Positions 1 through 8,632 of a stretch of DNA of 43,399 nt are shown here, piece after piece. The stretch covers positions 1 to 43,399 of the IMG/VR virus record IMGVR_UViG_3300048850_000056; one strand, 5' to 3'. Position 1 is the stretch's first letter. Each line of letters opens with the position of its first letter. The position numbers were made by a program, and so were the translations under genes. This stretch comes from a virus. Taxonomy: Duplodnaviria > Caudoviricetes. The notes beneath the pieces were generated by a model. It was given only the letters and a program-made list of their open reading frames with translations. It searched no databases and was not told where the DNA came from.

Positions 1-135
1 CGCCTCGGCCATGCGCTCAATGGTGTTTCTGGTGTGAATTCCGCGGTTCGGTTGCATCGTTCGTCTCCGGGTTCGAGGAAGTGACCTCCCGGTGGCGAAC
101 ATTTCCGCCCCACTCCACTAGGAGGATGGACGGAA

Positions 136-188
136 ACATAAGGCGGAAATATTTCCGCTGTCAACCATGGTGGCGGAAAGATTTCCGC
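136..188 (-). promoter_or_regulatory. pL-like promoter with two repressor operators
   Basis: Minus-strand TTGACA (164-159), 17-nt spacer, TTATGT; palindromes GCGGAAATATTTCCGC (143-158) and GCGGAAAGATTTCCGC (173-188). Confidence 0.8.
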
Positions 189-215
189 TAGTTCGGCGTG
201 GCTGTGCGCGGAAAC

Positions 216-245
216 AAAAAAGCCCGGCAAATTTGCCGGGCCTTT
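216..245 (-). terminator. Intrinsic terminator downstream of cI (possibly bidirectional)
   Basis: GCCCGGCA-AATT-TGCCGGGC hairpin (222-241) with a 6-A tract on plus, i.e. a U-tract on minus. Confidence 0.85.
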
Positions 246-270
246 GGAGGCTGATTCGGTTAGTTACCGA

Positions 271-972
271 CTAGATTCCGAAGAGCTCATTCATGGTCAA
301 AACCTTGTGATAGGAAATGATCGCTTCGTTTTTGATTTCGATCTCGGCCGGCGGATTGTGTTTGCGGATGATGAGGGCCTCTCCGGTGCGCCGAACATAG
401 AGGCCGATCGTCGCTTCGACTGTACCCTCGGGCTCCTCTTCGCCAATGCGGCACTGTACCACCACGGCATCGCCGGATCGCGCCGGCTTGTGGGGGTGAA
501 CATAGACCAAATCCCCCTGCCAATACTGCGGCTCCATCGAGCTGCCCTCAACATAAAGGGAGTAGATATCTTTCGTTCCCATCAGCGCAGGCGGCCGCCG
601 CACGTAATCGATGGCGTCACTAGTCAGTTGGAAAGCTCCTCTATGGTGTGATCCGGCAGCTGTGCCGAGGACGGGCACATCTTTCGGCATTGCAGAGTTA
701 GCGGGCAGTTCAATATTGGCGACCCGCACGTCTTGGTGTGGTTGCGGTGGTTGACCGGAACCGCTGTCCTGGCCAGTGAGCAGCCATTGCTCAGAAACTT
801 CAAGGGCCGGAGCCAGCGCCGAAAGCGTTTTTCCAGTGGGAAGTTGGTCTCTGTTGGCTAGCAACTTGCGCAGTGTGTCTTTCGACAAACCGGCCTTCAT
901 GGATGCAGCCTGGGGGCTCAAATCCATGGTTCTCAATCGTTCTTTGATGCGGTCGTGAATTGTTTCCGTCAT
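271..972 (-). CDS. cI: CI-like repressor (XRE HTH plus S24 autopeptidase), 233 aa, allele A
   Basis: N-terminal HTH (LSPQAASMKAGLSKDTLRKL), AAG cleavage-site region, VEGSSMEP S24 serine motif; start taken at MTETIHD as in the second copy. Confidence 0.92.
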   Translation of the reverse strand: MTETIHDRIKERLRTMDLSPQAASMKAGLSKDTLRKLLANRDQLPTGKTLSALAPALEVSEQWLLTGQDSGSGQPPQPHQDVRVANIELPANSAMPKDVPVLGTAAGSHHRGAFQLTSDAIDYVRRPPALMGTKDIYSLYVEGSSMEPQYWQGDLVYVHPHKPARSGDAVVVQCRIGEEEPEGTVEATIGLYVRRTGEALIIRKHNPPAEIEIKNEAIISYHKVLTMNELFGI

Positions 973-974
973 GT

Positions 975-1052
975 GCGGAATTCTATCCGTGCCTATGGTG
1001 ACTTGTAAGAGGAAAGATTTCTGTTGACTCGGCGGAAATGTTTCCGCATTTT
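975..1052 (+). promoter_or_regulatory. oR/pR region between cI and cro
   Basis: TTGACT (1024-1029), 17-nt spacer, CATTTT; operator GCGGAAATGTTTCCGC (1032-1047); degenerate operator GCGGAATTCTATCCGT (975-990). Confidence 0.75.
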
Positions 1053-1060
1053 CCGTTCCC

Positions 1061-1309
1061 ATGACGCTTCGAGAACAACTCATCCTGGTCTCCGACGAGT
1101 TCGGTCGCGCCCGCGGCATAGGCAGGCAGCGCGTTTCAACGATCGTGCTTAATCGCGGCTCAACGCTGGATTTGCTGGCGCAGAGTCGCAGTGATCTCAA
1201 CACCGGCACGTTTGAGCGTGCGATGCTTTGGTTCTCCGAAAACTGGCCGGAAGGGGCTGAATGGCCCGCCGGCGTGTCGCGGCCTCTGGTTTCGGAGGCG
1301 GCCGAATGA
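1061..1309 (+). CDS. cro: Cro-like repressor, 82 aa
   Basis: Small HTH-like protein divergent from cI; C-terminal WFSENWPEGAEWP motif typical of alphaproteobacterial phage Cro-like proteins. Confidence 0.75.
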   Translation: MTLREQLILVSDEFGRARGIGRQRVSTIVLNRGSTLDLLAQSRSDLNTGTFERAMLWFSENWPEGAEWPAGVSRPLVSEAAE

Positions 1310-1319
1310 TGTTCCCCCA

Positions 1320-1358
1320 GCAAGGTGCCGGTCTCCTCCTCCCAACTGGCGACCTTGC
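1320..1358 (+). ncRNA. Cuckoo-type hairpin with CCUCCUCCC loop
   Basis: GCAAGGT-GCCGGT / ACTGGC-G-ACCTTGC stem enclosing CCTCCTCCC (1335-1343). Confidence 0.55.
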
Positions 1359-1363
1359 CGCCT

Positions 1364-1407
1364 GGCAGGGACGCGCCCGATCGCGGCGCGTCCCTGTCTC
1401 TGTTTTT
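1364..1407 (+). terminator. tR1-like hairpin/terminator after cro
   Basis: 14-bp stem GGCAGGGACGCGCC / GGCGCGTCCCTGTC followed by TCTGTTTTT. Confidence 0.6.
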
Positions 1408-1528
1408 GCCTCTGCGTATCCATGCGGCCCTCCTTGATTTGATGGGCTGACCCTAAGCCGCCGGCGCGCGGCCTTCACGGAATCCTTTCGGTTGATTTTT
1501 TCCTTGACCCAAACTCAGGGGTGTTTTC

Positions 1529-1981
1529 GTGCGTGCAATTTCTGACGAACATGCATCCATCATCAAGGCCGCCACGGCTGCGGCCTACGAGGCTCTCGGC
1601 GGCGTGAGCCGGGCCGCCGAGGCGCTCGGCGTCGCATCGTCCACGCTGACGAAATACGCCTCCACGGGCGAGGAATGGCGCGACAGCTTCATCCGCCTCG
1701 ATCTTGCCGCCGAACTCGACCGGCGGTGCGACCATCCGTTCCTGCTCACCGCCATGTCACGGATTGTGAAGGACGAGCGCATTTCGAGCTTCGGCGCGGT
1801 CACCGCCAGCGCGGTCCTGCGCCTTGACGGCGTCCTCGACGATGTCGTGCGCACCGTCGCACAGGCGATCGAGGATGGCCGCATTGACGCGGCGGAGCGC
1901 CAGGCCATCCGCAGCCGCATTGTGGCTGCGAAGCAGGATCTCGCCCGCCTTGAAGCGATGATGATGGACGGGGCTGCTTGA
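1529..1981 (+). CDS. Phage regulatory CII-family protein, 150 aa
   Basis: HTH (GGVSRAAEALGVASSTLTKY); C-terminal AIEDGRIDAAER motif; located after cro. Confidence 0.7.
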   Translation: MRAISDEHASIIKAATAAAYEALGGVSRAAEALGVASSTLTKYASTGEEWRDSFIRLDLAAELDRRCDHPFLLTAMSRIVKDERISSFGAVTASAVLRLDGVLDDVVRTVAQAIEDGRIDAAERQAIRSRIVAAKQDLARLEAMMMDGAA

Positions 1982-2202
1982 TGGACGGGGAACCGAAAAA
2001 CTCGAGAGAGACGGTGACCGCGATCTGCGAACTGTTGCCGGACGATCCGGAAGCAGCTGTCAGCGTCGTCACGGTCGCTTGTGCGGCAGCTGCGATTACC
2101 GCCGGACTGGACGACGAGGCGACCGTAGACGGACTGCGCGCTGCTCTCGAATCCATGCGGGGGAACGGCTTCGGCGATATCGCCCGAAAGGGGGTTCACT
2201 GA
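1981..2202 (+). CDS. Hypothetical phage protein, 73 aa
   Basis: Translationally coupled (TGATG overlaps) at both ends. Confidence 0.6.
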   Translation: MDGEPKNSRETVTAICELLPDDPEAAVSVVTVACAAAAITAGLDDEATVDGLRAALESMRGNGFGDIARKGVH

Positions 2203-2447
2203 TGGACCGCGCAGCTCTCCCTACCTGCTGGACGGCAAGCGGGCCAGTCGGACCGCGCTGCATCGCCTTCATGCGACGCGTCCGGGCCGGTGGCGACGCC
2301 TACACGCTCGTTCGTAATGCCGATCGCGAGGCAGTGGTCACGGCACGGGCCGCCGGCTTCGTCGCCTGGGTCGGTCAAGGTCGTAACGACGTGCGGCTGA
2401 CCGCACGCGGTGCGGCGTATCTCGACCAGCTGGCGAGGGTGGAATGA
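2202..2447 (+). CDS. Hypothetical protein, possible winged-helix C-terminus, 81 aa
   Basis: Coupled start; VRLTARGAAYL wing-like motif. Confidence 0.55.
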   Translation: MDRAALPTCWTASGPVGPRCIAFMRRVRAGGDAYTLVRNADREAVVTARAAGFVAWVGQGRNDVRLTARGAAYLDQLARVE

Positions 2448-2596
2448 CGACGCTTTCCCGCCAGATCCTCGTCGAGCGCGTGCTGAAGCTCTGGCTTCAG
2501 AACAACCGAGACACGCACTCGATCGCCGCCGAACTCGGCATCGACGAGGACGAGGTCTGCAAGATCATCGAACAATCGGAAGGAAGAAGGTCGTGA
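2444..2596 (+). CDS. Small HTH protein, 50 aa (not in the ORF track)
   Basis: [50 protein letters not shown]; 4-nt overlaps with both neighbours. Confidence 0.7.
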   Translation: MTTLSRQILVERVLKLWLQNNRDTHSIAAELGIDEDEVCKIIEQSEGRRS

Positions 2597-3501
2597 GAAA
2601 GATAGAAATTTCTCGCAGGGATCTGCGGGCCGATGTGAATGCCGGGTCGGCCCCGATCCTGCAGTGGATCGATATCGAGAGGCTCGTGTTTGACGACAGC
2701 TATCAGCGCGATCTGAAATCCCAGAACTGGAAGGCGATCCGCAGTATTGCCGCGCACTTCCGCTGGTCGATGTTCTCGCCGGTTTTTGTTTCCCCCGTCG
2801 AGGGTGGCGCATATGCCGTGATCGACGGACAGCACCGCACACACGCGGCGGCAATGTGCGGATTTACTCAGGTGCCCTGCCAGATCGTGCAGATGACGCG
2901 CGGCGAGCAGGCGGCTGCATTCGCCGCGGTCAATGGGAAGGTGACGCAGGTCACGATCTGGCAGCTGTTCAAAGCCGCATTGGCTGCAGGCGATAAATGG
3001 GCGAGGGATGCAGACGAGATCGCTCGCGAGGGCGGCTGCAGGATACTGACCTACGGCAAGAGCCCGAAGGACAAGAAGCCCGGCGAAATCTATTCGATCA
3101 AAGGCTTCATCAAGCTGATCGAGCAGCGGCCGCGCGCGCCCATAGTCGCGGCTCTGAAGCTGCTGCGCGCGACCGCGGGTTATGGCGACAATCCGGACAC
3201 TTGGGACTCCGGGTGTCTCCTGCCGATGCTGATGGCCATGACGGAACGGCCGGCCGCACTTGCCAACCCCGGCTTTGCCAAAGCCCTGGAGAGCTTCGAT
3301 TTCTGGGAGCTTGTCGACCGGGACGATGCGCATCGCCGTGAGAAGCGTCGGCAGGGTGTCGCTTATCCGCCCAAGTCGGAAACGTTGCGAGCCGGCGTGC
3401 TGGAATGGATCGACAAAACCTTTCCGCAGCGTGTCGGCGCGCCGCCCGCCTTGGGTAAAGCGGCGATCCTGCAGCGCGTCGGTACGATGAAGGTGGGTTG
3501 A
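2593..3501 (+). CDS. ParB/Srx N-terminal-domain protein, ~302 aa
   Basis: DDSYQRDL and [13 protein letters not shown] motifs; GTG start overlapping the upstream stop. Confidence 0.8.
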   Translation: MRKIEISRRDLRADVNAGSAPILQWIDIERLVFDDSYQRDLKSQNWKAIRSIAAHFRWSMFSPVFVSPVEGGAYAVIDGQHRTHAAAMCGFTQVPCQIVQMTRGEQAAAFAAVNGKVTQVTIWQLFKAALAAGDKWARDADEIAREGGCRILTYGKSPKDKKPGEIYSIKGFIKLIEQRPRAPIVAALKLLRATAGYGDNPDTWDSGCLLPMLMAMTERPAALANPGFAKALESFDFWELVDRDDAHRREKRRQGVAYPPKSETLRAGVLEWIDKTFPQRVGAPPALGKAAILQRVGTMKVG

Positions 3502-3502
3502 G

Positions 3503-3865
3503 ATGACCGAATTCGACCCCATGTCTGTGCGCGGCAAATCCGCAGCCGCTGGTGACGATACGCTGCCGCCATCCTCCTCGTCGACGGGTAGGCCCGGCCA
3601 TGAGGTTTCTTCCAACCAGGTAGCGCGCGACCAGCTTCGCGCCTTCATTGAGCGTGTCGAACGCTTGGAGGAGGAGAAGGCGACGGTCGCCGATGACATC
3701 AAGGCCGTCTACGCCGAGGCGAAGGCGATGGGCTTCGAGAACAAGGCCATCCGCAGGATCATCAAGATCCGGAAGAAGAGCATCGACGACTACAACAACG
3801 AAATGGCCGTGCTCGACACCTATCTCGCTGCCCTCGGTATGCTTCCGGGAGGTGACGATGACTGA
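3503..3865 (+). CDS. gapR: GapR/DUF2312-family nucleoid-associated protein homologue with N-terminal extension
   Basis: [35 protein letters not shown]...LDTYLAALG matches the GapR/DUF2312 pattern. Confidence 0.88.
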   Translation: MTEFDPMSVRGKSAAAGDDTLPPSSSSTGRPGHEVSSNQVARDQLRAFIERVERLEEEKATVADDIKAVYAEAKAMGFENKAIRRIIKIRKKSIDDYNNEMAVLDTYLAALGMLPGGDDD

Positions 3866-6431
3866 TGGCGGCTGGAAGTCGGAATTCGAGATCAAGACCG
3901 GCAGCCGCGATCTGCCGGTCGCGTTGCGAGTCGATCAGATCGAAATGGGTTATCGCTTGCGTGAGGTCGATCCGGAGAAGGTCGCCGCCATCAAAGCGTC
4001 GATCGAGGAGCTCGGGCTGCGCACGCCGATTTCCGTGGTCGGGTCCTGGAAGGCGGGCGACGGATATTATGACGTCAAGCTCGTTGCGGGTGCACACCGG
4101 CTGGAAGCGATGAAGCAGCTCGGCCGGGAGTATATCGCGGCGATCATCCGCAACGAGGATGATCTCGACGCCGAGCTTTGGGAAATCGACGAGAACCTTT
4201 GCCGCGCCGAGCTGACGCCCGCCGATCGGGCGTTGTTCGTGTTTCGTCGCAAGGAAATCTACCTGATGAAGCACCCGGATACGGCGAATGGAGCCACGGG
4301 CAATGGTAGGCCGAAGCTTCGCCAACTTGGCGAAGCTACCGTTGATGAGCCGAAGCGCTTCACCGCGGCGACGGCCGAGGCAACCGGGCAATCCGAGCGT
4401 GCCATTCAGCGCGATGCCGAGCGCGGCGAGAAGATATCCGAGAAGGCGCTACGGATGCTGCGCGGCACGCGTCACGACAAGGGCGTCGTGCTCGATCGCC
4501 TGAAGGCGCTACGCGAAGAGGAGCAGGAAGTCTATGTCCGCGCGCTCTTCGAGGCGGACAAGGCCAAGGAAGCCGAGGCGCACGAGATCCGCTCGGACAA
4601 GATGGCGACGAAGCGGGCGATCCGGATCGGCGTCATCAACGCAATCGCCGAGCACGGCCGGCGCACCGCTGGCCAGATGCCGCGCGCTGCCTACGCTGTC
4701 GGTTATGCCGATCCGCCTTGGGAGCAGGAGGCATGGAGCGACGAGACGGGGCAGGACAAGGGCCTGATGTACCCGCCCATGTCGCTCGAGGAAATCATGG
4801 CGCTGTGCGCTGGCGACAAAACTCCGTTCACGCGTGACGCCATCCTGTTCCTTTGGGTGACCACTAACCGGCTCGACGACGGCATTGCCGTGCTGAAGGC
4901 CTGGGGCTTCGAGTTCGTTACCGCCATCACCTGGGACAAGCAGCATATCGGCATGGGCCGCTGGGTGCGTGATCGGACCGAGCATCTGCTGATCGGCAAG
5001 CGCGGCGACTTTCCCGGGCTCATCATGGGAACACAGCCGGAAAGCCTCTACTCGGAAGCGAGGGGCGAGCATAGCCGTAAGCCGGTGTGGTTTGCCGAGC
5101 AGATCGACAGGCTGTTTCCCGAGATGCGCAAGCTGGAGCTTTTCCAGCGCAAGGCGAGCCTCGGCGAGGGCGACGTGCGGCTGAATGGCATGTGGGACTT
5201 TTGGGGCTTTGAGGCAGGGGACGAGATATCCGCTGACCCGCCAGAAGCGGTACATGCCGAACCGGCGCCATCAAAGCCGGCAAAGTCAAAGAAGGCTGAC
5301 AAACTCTCCGAGTGGGAGCAACAGCGCGTCGAAAGCGCTGAGCGGAAGCGTGCTTATCGCGAGACTATTCCGGCCAACGCTCCGGATGACGAGCTTGTGC
5401 TCGTCGCCGAAAGTTGGCTGAAGAGCTACCACAAGTCAGTCATAGCGGCGGACCCTGACGGCCAGCGCCTTGCCTATGACCGCCTGGACGCGATTGCCGA
5501 ACACCTGTTCGGTATTGATCCCGGCATCGACTGGAGCAGCTCTTGCGGTCCGCCGCAGGGCAATGGCCGGTTCTCATGCCTTGCCGACGCGCGTGATTGG
5601 CTGATGGACAAGCTTGCCGCGCCGGATGGCGGCGTGCCGATGTTCGGGCAACCGGGCAGGTTCCTCATCGACCTTTTCGGCTGCCGGGTCGATTTCCATT
5701 ATGGAGGACTCTTTGGCCTCGGCGGCGGCAATGCGCATGTGGTCGATCTCGACAAGCCGTTCTTTTCCGGAACGGGTTATCGCTCGTTTCAAGTTTGTCC
5801 GCACGATCACCTCATCCACGCCGGCGGCCTCGATTGCAAGGCCTATATGGAGCGCGTCTGCAGCGAGCAGTTCACTGAAGGCGGGAAGAAAAAGGTCAAA
5901 CTGCACAATCCGCCTTTCGGTCTCTGCAAGGATGGCGAGACGACTGACGATCACATTCGTGAGCGTCGCAAGGAAGATCCTGCGTGGCAGCCGCGCGGAC
6001 ATCTGCACGCGCTGATCGGCAATGAGGAATGCGACGTCTTGGCGTCAGCGGAGCCGGCCTCGAAGCTTCCGCCCGGGCCCGGCACGACGGCGCCCGTCGA
6101 GTTCCATGTCGGCGGCATGCGCAAGGGCAGTTTTGCCCGTTTCAGCGTGCACCTGAACGACGACTGCACCTATTCGATCGCGGCCGCGTACGACATCAAG
6201 GGCTATGCCGGCGGCACAAGCGACCGCACCGGCAATCTCTCGACCTTTGCGGCTGCGCTGCGCTTCGGTCTCGCCGAGCTGGCGGGCCGATTACGACCGA
6301 TCCTGAAGGACGAATCAGCGGTCTGCACGTCCTCGCATCGGGCCTGTGCGAGGGCCGGTCTCAAGTGGATCGACGCGCGCTTTGAGCAATGGGGCATCGG
6401 CGCTGTCACCCGGCAAAGCGAGGCAGCATGA
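3858..6431 (+). CDS. ParB-N/HTH plus MT-A70-family adenine methyltransferase plus long C-terminal extension, ~857 aa
   Basis: GLRTPISV...[10 protein letters not shown]...EIDENLCR (ParB); [34 protein letters not shown] (MT-A70). Confidence 0.88.
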   Translation: MTDGGWKSEFEIKTGSRDLPVALRVDQIEMGYRLREVDPEKVAAIKASIEELGLRTPISVVGSWKAGDGYYDVKLVAGAHRLEAMKQLGREYIAAIIRNEDDLDAELWEIDENLCRAELTPADRALFVFRRKEIYLMKHPDTANGATGNGRPKLRQLGEATVDEPKRFTAATAEATGQSERAIQRDAERGEKISEKALRMLRGTRHDKGVVLDRLKALREEEQEVYVRALFEADKAKEAEAHEIRSDKMATKRAIRIGVINAIAEHGRRTAGQMPRAAYAVGYADPPWEQEAWSDETGQDKGLMYPPMSLEEIMALCAGDKTPFTRDAILFLWVTTNRLDDGIAVLKAWGFEFVTAITWDKQHIGMGRWVRDRTEHLLIGKRGDFPGLIMGTQPESLYSEARGEHSRKPVWFAEQIDRLFPEMRKLELFQRKASLGEGDVRLNGMWDFWGFEAGDEISADPPEAVHAEPAPSKPAKSKKADKLSEWEQQRVESAERKRAYRETIPANAPDDELVLVAESWLKSYHKSVIAADPDGQRLAYDRLDAIAEHLFGIDPGIDWSSSCGPPQGNGRFSCLADARDWLMDKLAAPDGGVPMFGQPGRFLIDLFGCRVDFHYGGLFGLGGGNAHVVDLDKPFFSGTGYRSFQVCPHDHLIHAGGLDCKAYMERVCSEQFTEGGKKKVKLHNPPFGLCKDGETTDDHIRERRKEDPAWQPRGHLHALIGNEECDVLASAEPASKLPPGPGTTAPVEFHVGGMRKGSFARFSVHLNDDCTYSIAAAYDIKGYAGGTSDRTGNLSTFAAALRFGLAELAGRLRPILKDESAVCTSSHRACARAGLKWIDARFEQWGIGAVTRQSEAA

Positions 6432-6727
6432 GCGCTTTGCTTCCCATCATCGAAGAGCTTGCCGACGCTGCGGACCATGCGGCGCGGGCGCGGTGGCTGC
6501 TCGAAACGCCGCTCGCGGTGCTTATCCGCGACCAGGTCACCATCGGCCGGCTGCTTTCGGTGGCCGGTTTTCATGAAGGCCTTGCCTATCTTGCAGCCGA
6601 GGTCGCGGCGCTTTCGGCGGTTCGCGGGCCCGACGGGTTGGCGGCCTTCACGGTTCGAATGATGCGGGAACACGCCCGCATCGGAATTCAGGTCATTGCG
6701 CGCGGTATCGCGGAAGAGGGGAAATGA
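6428..6727 (+). CDS. Hypothetical protein, 99 aa
   Basis: ATGA overlaps at both ends. Confidence 0.65.
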   Translation: MSALLPIIEELADAADHAARARWLLETPLAVLIRDQVTIGRLLSVAGFHEGLAYLAAEVAALSAVRGPDGLAAFTVRMMREHARIGIQVIARGIAEEGK

Positions 6728-7977
6728 GCCAGGAAGCCACGATCCGCCGTGGAGTGCGCAACGCGCGCTATGCGGCGATACCCAATCATGTATTCGAAGA
6801 CGACCGGCTCTCGATGGAGGCGCGGTGGCTGCTGAGCTATCTGCTTTCGAAGCCCGACAACTGGACCGTCGTGATCGGCGACATCATCAAAAGGGGCAAT
6901 TGCGGGCGCGACAAGGCTCGCAAGATGATCGCCGAGCTGGTCGAGGTTGGCTATGCGGAGCGCGAACAGCAGCGCGAGGACGGCAAATTCGGATCTTCCG
7001 TGCTCGTTATCTTTGACGAGCCGCGAGCCGTTTATGCCGCTGAAAACAATAGCGAAACGGGAGGTGTTGCATTTCTACCGCAGACGGATTTACCGGCGAC
7101 GGCATCGCCGTCGCCGGTTTCACCGTCGCCGGTAAAATCGGCACATAGTAATAACTCAGATTCAGCAAATACTGATTATCAGAATCTGAGAGAGGGCGGG
7201 CGCGAGGCTTCGGAAGGTGAGCAGGAGCCGGAAGATCAGCGCAAGATCGATGCTGCCTTCTGGGCATTGGTGAAGGACTGGCCCGGCTTCGCCGGCATGC
7301 CGAAGGAGCCTGCACGGCGTTCCTGGTATGCCCTGACGGCGGAAGAGCGCCGGGAAGCGGCCGAACGGTTCCCTCGCTGGCTACAGCTCCTGAAGGCGCA
7401 GAAGAAATCCCACACGCCGGCACCATCCACCTATTTCGGCGAAAAGCTCTGGAGGGACGTGCCTGCCGAGGATGAGGCGGCGAGGCCCTCGAACGCGATG
7501 GCGGCGCCTTTCGGCAAGCTCTGGTCAGCGACGCGGATCTCGGAGCTACTGCTGCCACCGACGGGCATCGTCGCGCCGCCGACCAAGTTCGAGCAGATGC
7601 AGATCGACGCGGGCAAAGCGACGCTCGCCGACGTTATGGCCGAGAAGCGCATGCGCGCAGGATGGCCCGCTGTGAACAGCATGCAGGAGAGGGCGCGCTC
7701 GGCGCAGGGCTCGGTCTGCCCTCTGGTGCTGGAAGAGGCAGGGCATGGCTTCCAGGCGGTGCGTCGTGACAGCGATCTGCTTGCCGCATGGCAGCGCGAG
7801 CACAGGCGCCGTGGCTGGCCCTTCCCTGAAGGGCGCCTGCCTGAGTGGATTTACTTCCCGGCAATCGAAGGCGAGGGCGATCTCGACTTCCTCGTCGCCG
7901 AAGCGGTCGAGCGCTACCGCGAACGAATTTCCGATTATCTCGCGAACAGGAGCAAGGGCGATGATCATGCAGCGTAG
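6724..7977 (+). CDS. Replication initiator (N-terminal winged HTH), 417 aa
   Basis: YAAIPNHVFEDDRLSMEARWLLSYLLSKPDNW...ELVEVGY N-terminus; internal iterons. Confidence 0.75.
   Translation: MSQEATIRRGVRNARYAAIPNHVFEDDRLSMEARWLLSYLLSKPDNWTVVIGDIIKRGNCGRDKARKMIAELVEVGYAEREQQREDGKFGSSVLVIFDEPRAVYAAENNSETGGVAFLPQTDLPATASPSPVSPSPVKSAHSNNSDSANTDYQNLREGGREASEGEQEPEDQRKIDAAFWALVKDWPGFAGMPKEPARRSWYALTAEERREAAERFPRWLQLLKAQKKSHTPAPSTYFGEKLWRDVPAEDEAARPSNAMAAPFGKLWSATRISELLLPPTGIVAPPTKFEQMQIDAGKATLADVMAEKRMRAGWPAVNSMQERARSAQGSVCPLVLEEAGHGFQAVRRDSDLLAAWQREHRRRGWPFPEGRLPEWIYFPAIEGEGDLDFLVAEAVERYRERISDYLANRSKGDDHAA
7078..7190. other. Putative replication origin inside the initiator gene
   Basis: Four CCG-N4-CGG units at 15-bp period (7078, 7093, 7108, 7123), then an AT-rich tract with inverted repeat CTCAGATTC/GAATCTGAG. 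Confidence 0.65.
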
Positions 7978-8620
7978 GACATTCACGGGAAGCCCGATTG
8001 CGCTGCAGGGCCCTGATCGCTTCGCCGATCGGATGCGGAGGATCAGCGACGGTCTGCTCGACGAGGGCGCTCTCGTCACCACGAACTGGCGAATCAATGG
8101 CGGCAGAGCGCCGTGGTTTGCGCTACGTGTCTGGACGGGACGTGAGAAGGCTGTGGAAAACAGCCTTACCGACATGGGTGTGCAGTCGCTCGTGCCGATG
8201 CGGAAAGGGCCGGATCTGCGCCGTCGCGGTCGCGTGATCGAGGGCCGGATGATGCCGGTCATCCATGGTTATGTTCTGGTGCAGATGGTGGCGCTTGCCG
8301 AGTATCTTGCCGGATTGCTGGGTGTCGAGCACGTGATTGACGTTCTCGGCGGATGCGAACGGCCGATGCGCCTGAGCGACAAGGAAATAAGCAGATTCAA
8401 TGCTCTGGCTCGAAATGGTGATTATGATTGGGAACGGCCTGTTGCCCTTGTCGTGAGGGCTGGAGACCCGGTCTGGATTACGGCAGGACCGTTCTGCGAT
8501 AGGAAGGCCGTCGTCGTCACCCCAAGCAAAAAGGGGCGTGGCGACGTGGTGGTATCGATCGACTTCATGGGCGGTCAGGTACCGGTGACAGTGCCTCTTG
8601 CTTTGCTGAAGAAGTTGTGA
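7961..8620 (+). CDS. NusG-family transcription antiterminator paralogue (NGN plus KOW), ~219 aa
   Basis: WFALRVWTGREKAV, PVIHGYVLV (NGN); GDPVWITAGPF, VSIDFMGGQVPV (KOW); occupies the lambda Q position. Confidence 0.9.
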   Translation: MIMQRRTFTGSPIALQGPDRFADRMRRISDGLLDEGALVTTNWRINGGRAPWFALRVWTGREKAVENSLTDMGVQSLVPMRKGPDLRRRGRVIEGRMMPVIHGYVLVQMVALAEYLAGLLGVEHVIDVLGGCERPMRLSDKEISRFNALARNGDYDWERPVALVVRAGDPVWITAGPFCDRKAVVVTPSKKGRGDVVVSIDFMGGQVPVTVPLALLKKL

Positions 8621-8632
8621 GAGTCATTTTGC

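Larger units (their letters stand above)
1..1056 (+). repeat. Imperfect terminal direct repeat, copy 1 (immunity region allele A)
   Basis: Aligns by eye to 42343-43399 with substitutions and small indels; 930-1056 is identical to 43273-43399. Confidence 0.97.

Noticed and set aside
100-137. Second cuckoo-like hairpin (UCCUCCUAG) in the pL leader, present in both alleles
   Set aside because: Much of the apparent stem comes from operator half-sites and lies upstream of the predicted TSS, and the motif is incomplete.
1-1056. Genuine T7/T5-like direct terminal repeats
   Set aside because: The copies are diverged, the packaging genes are cos-type, and the exact 127-nt end match points to an assembly-graph junction.
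973-1323. 117-aa N-terminal extension of cI in the ORF track (350-aa ORF)
   Set aside because: It runs antisense through cro and the operators; the HTH starts right after MTETIHD.
2497-3895. Long minus-strand ORFs (401 aa and 261 aa)
   Set aside because: Antisense shadows of the ParB-like and gapR genes in high-GC DNA, with no motifs.
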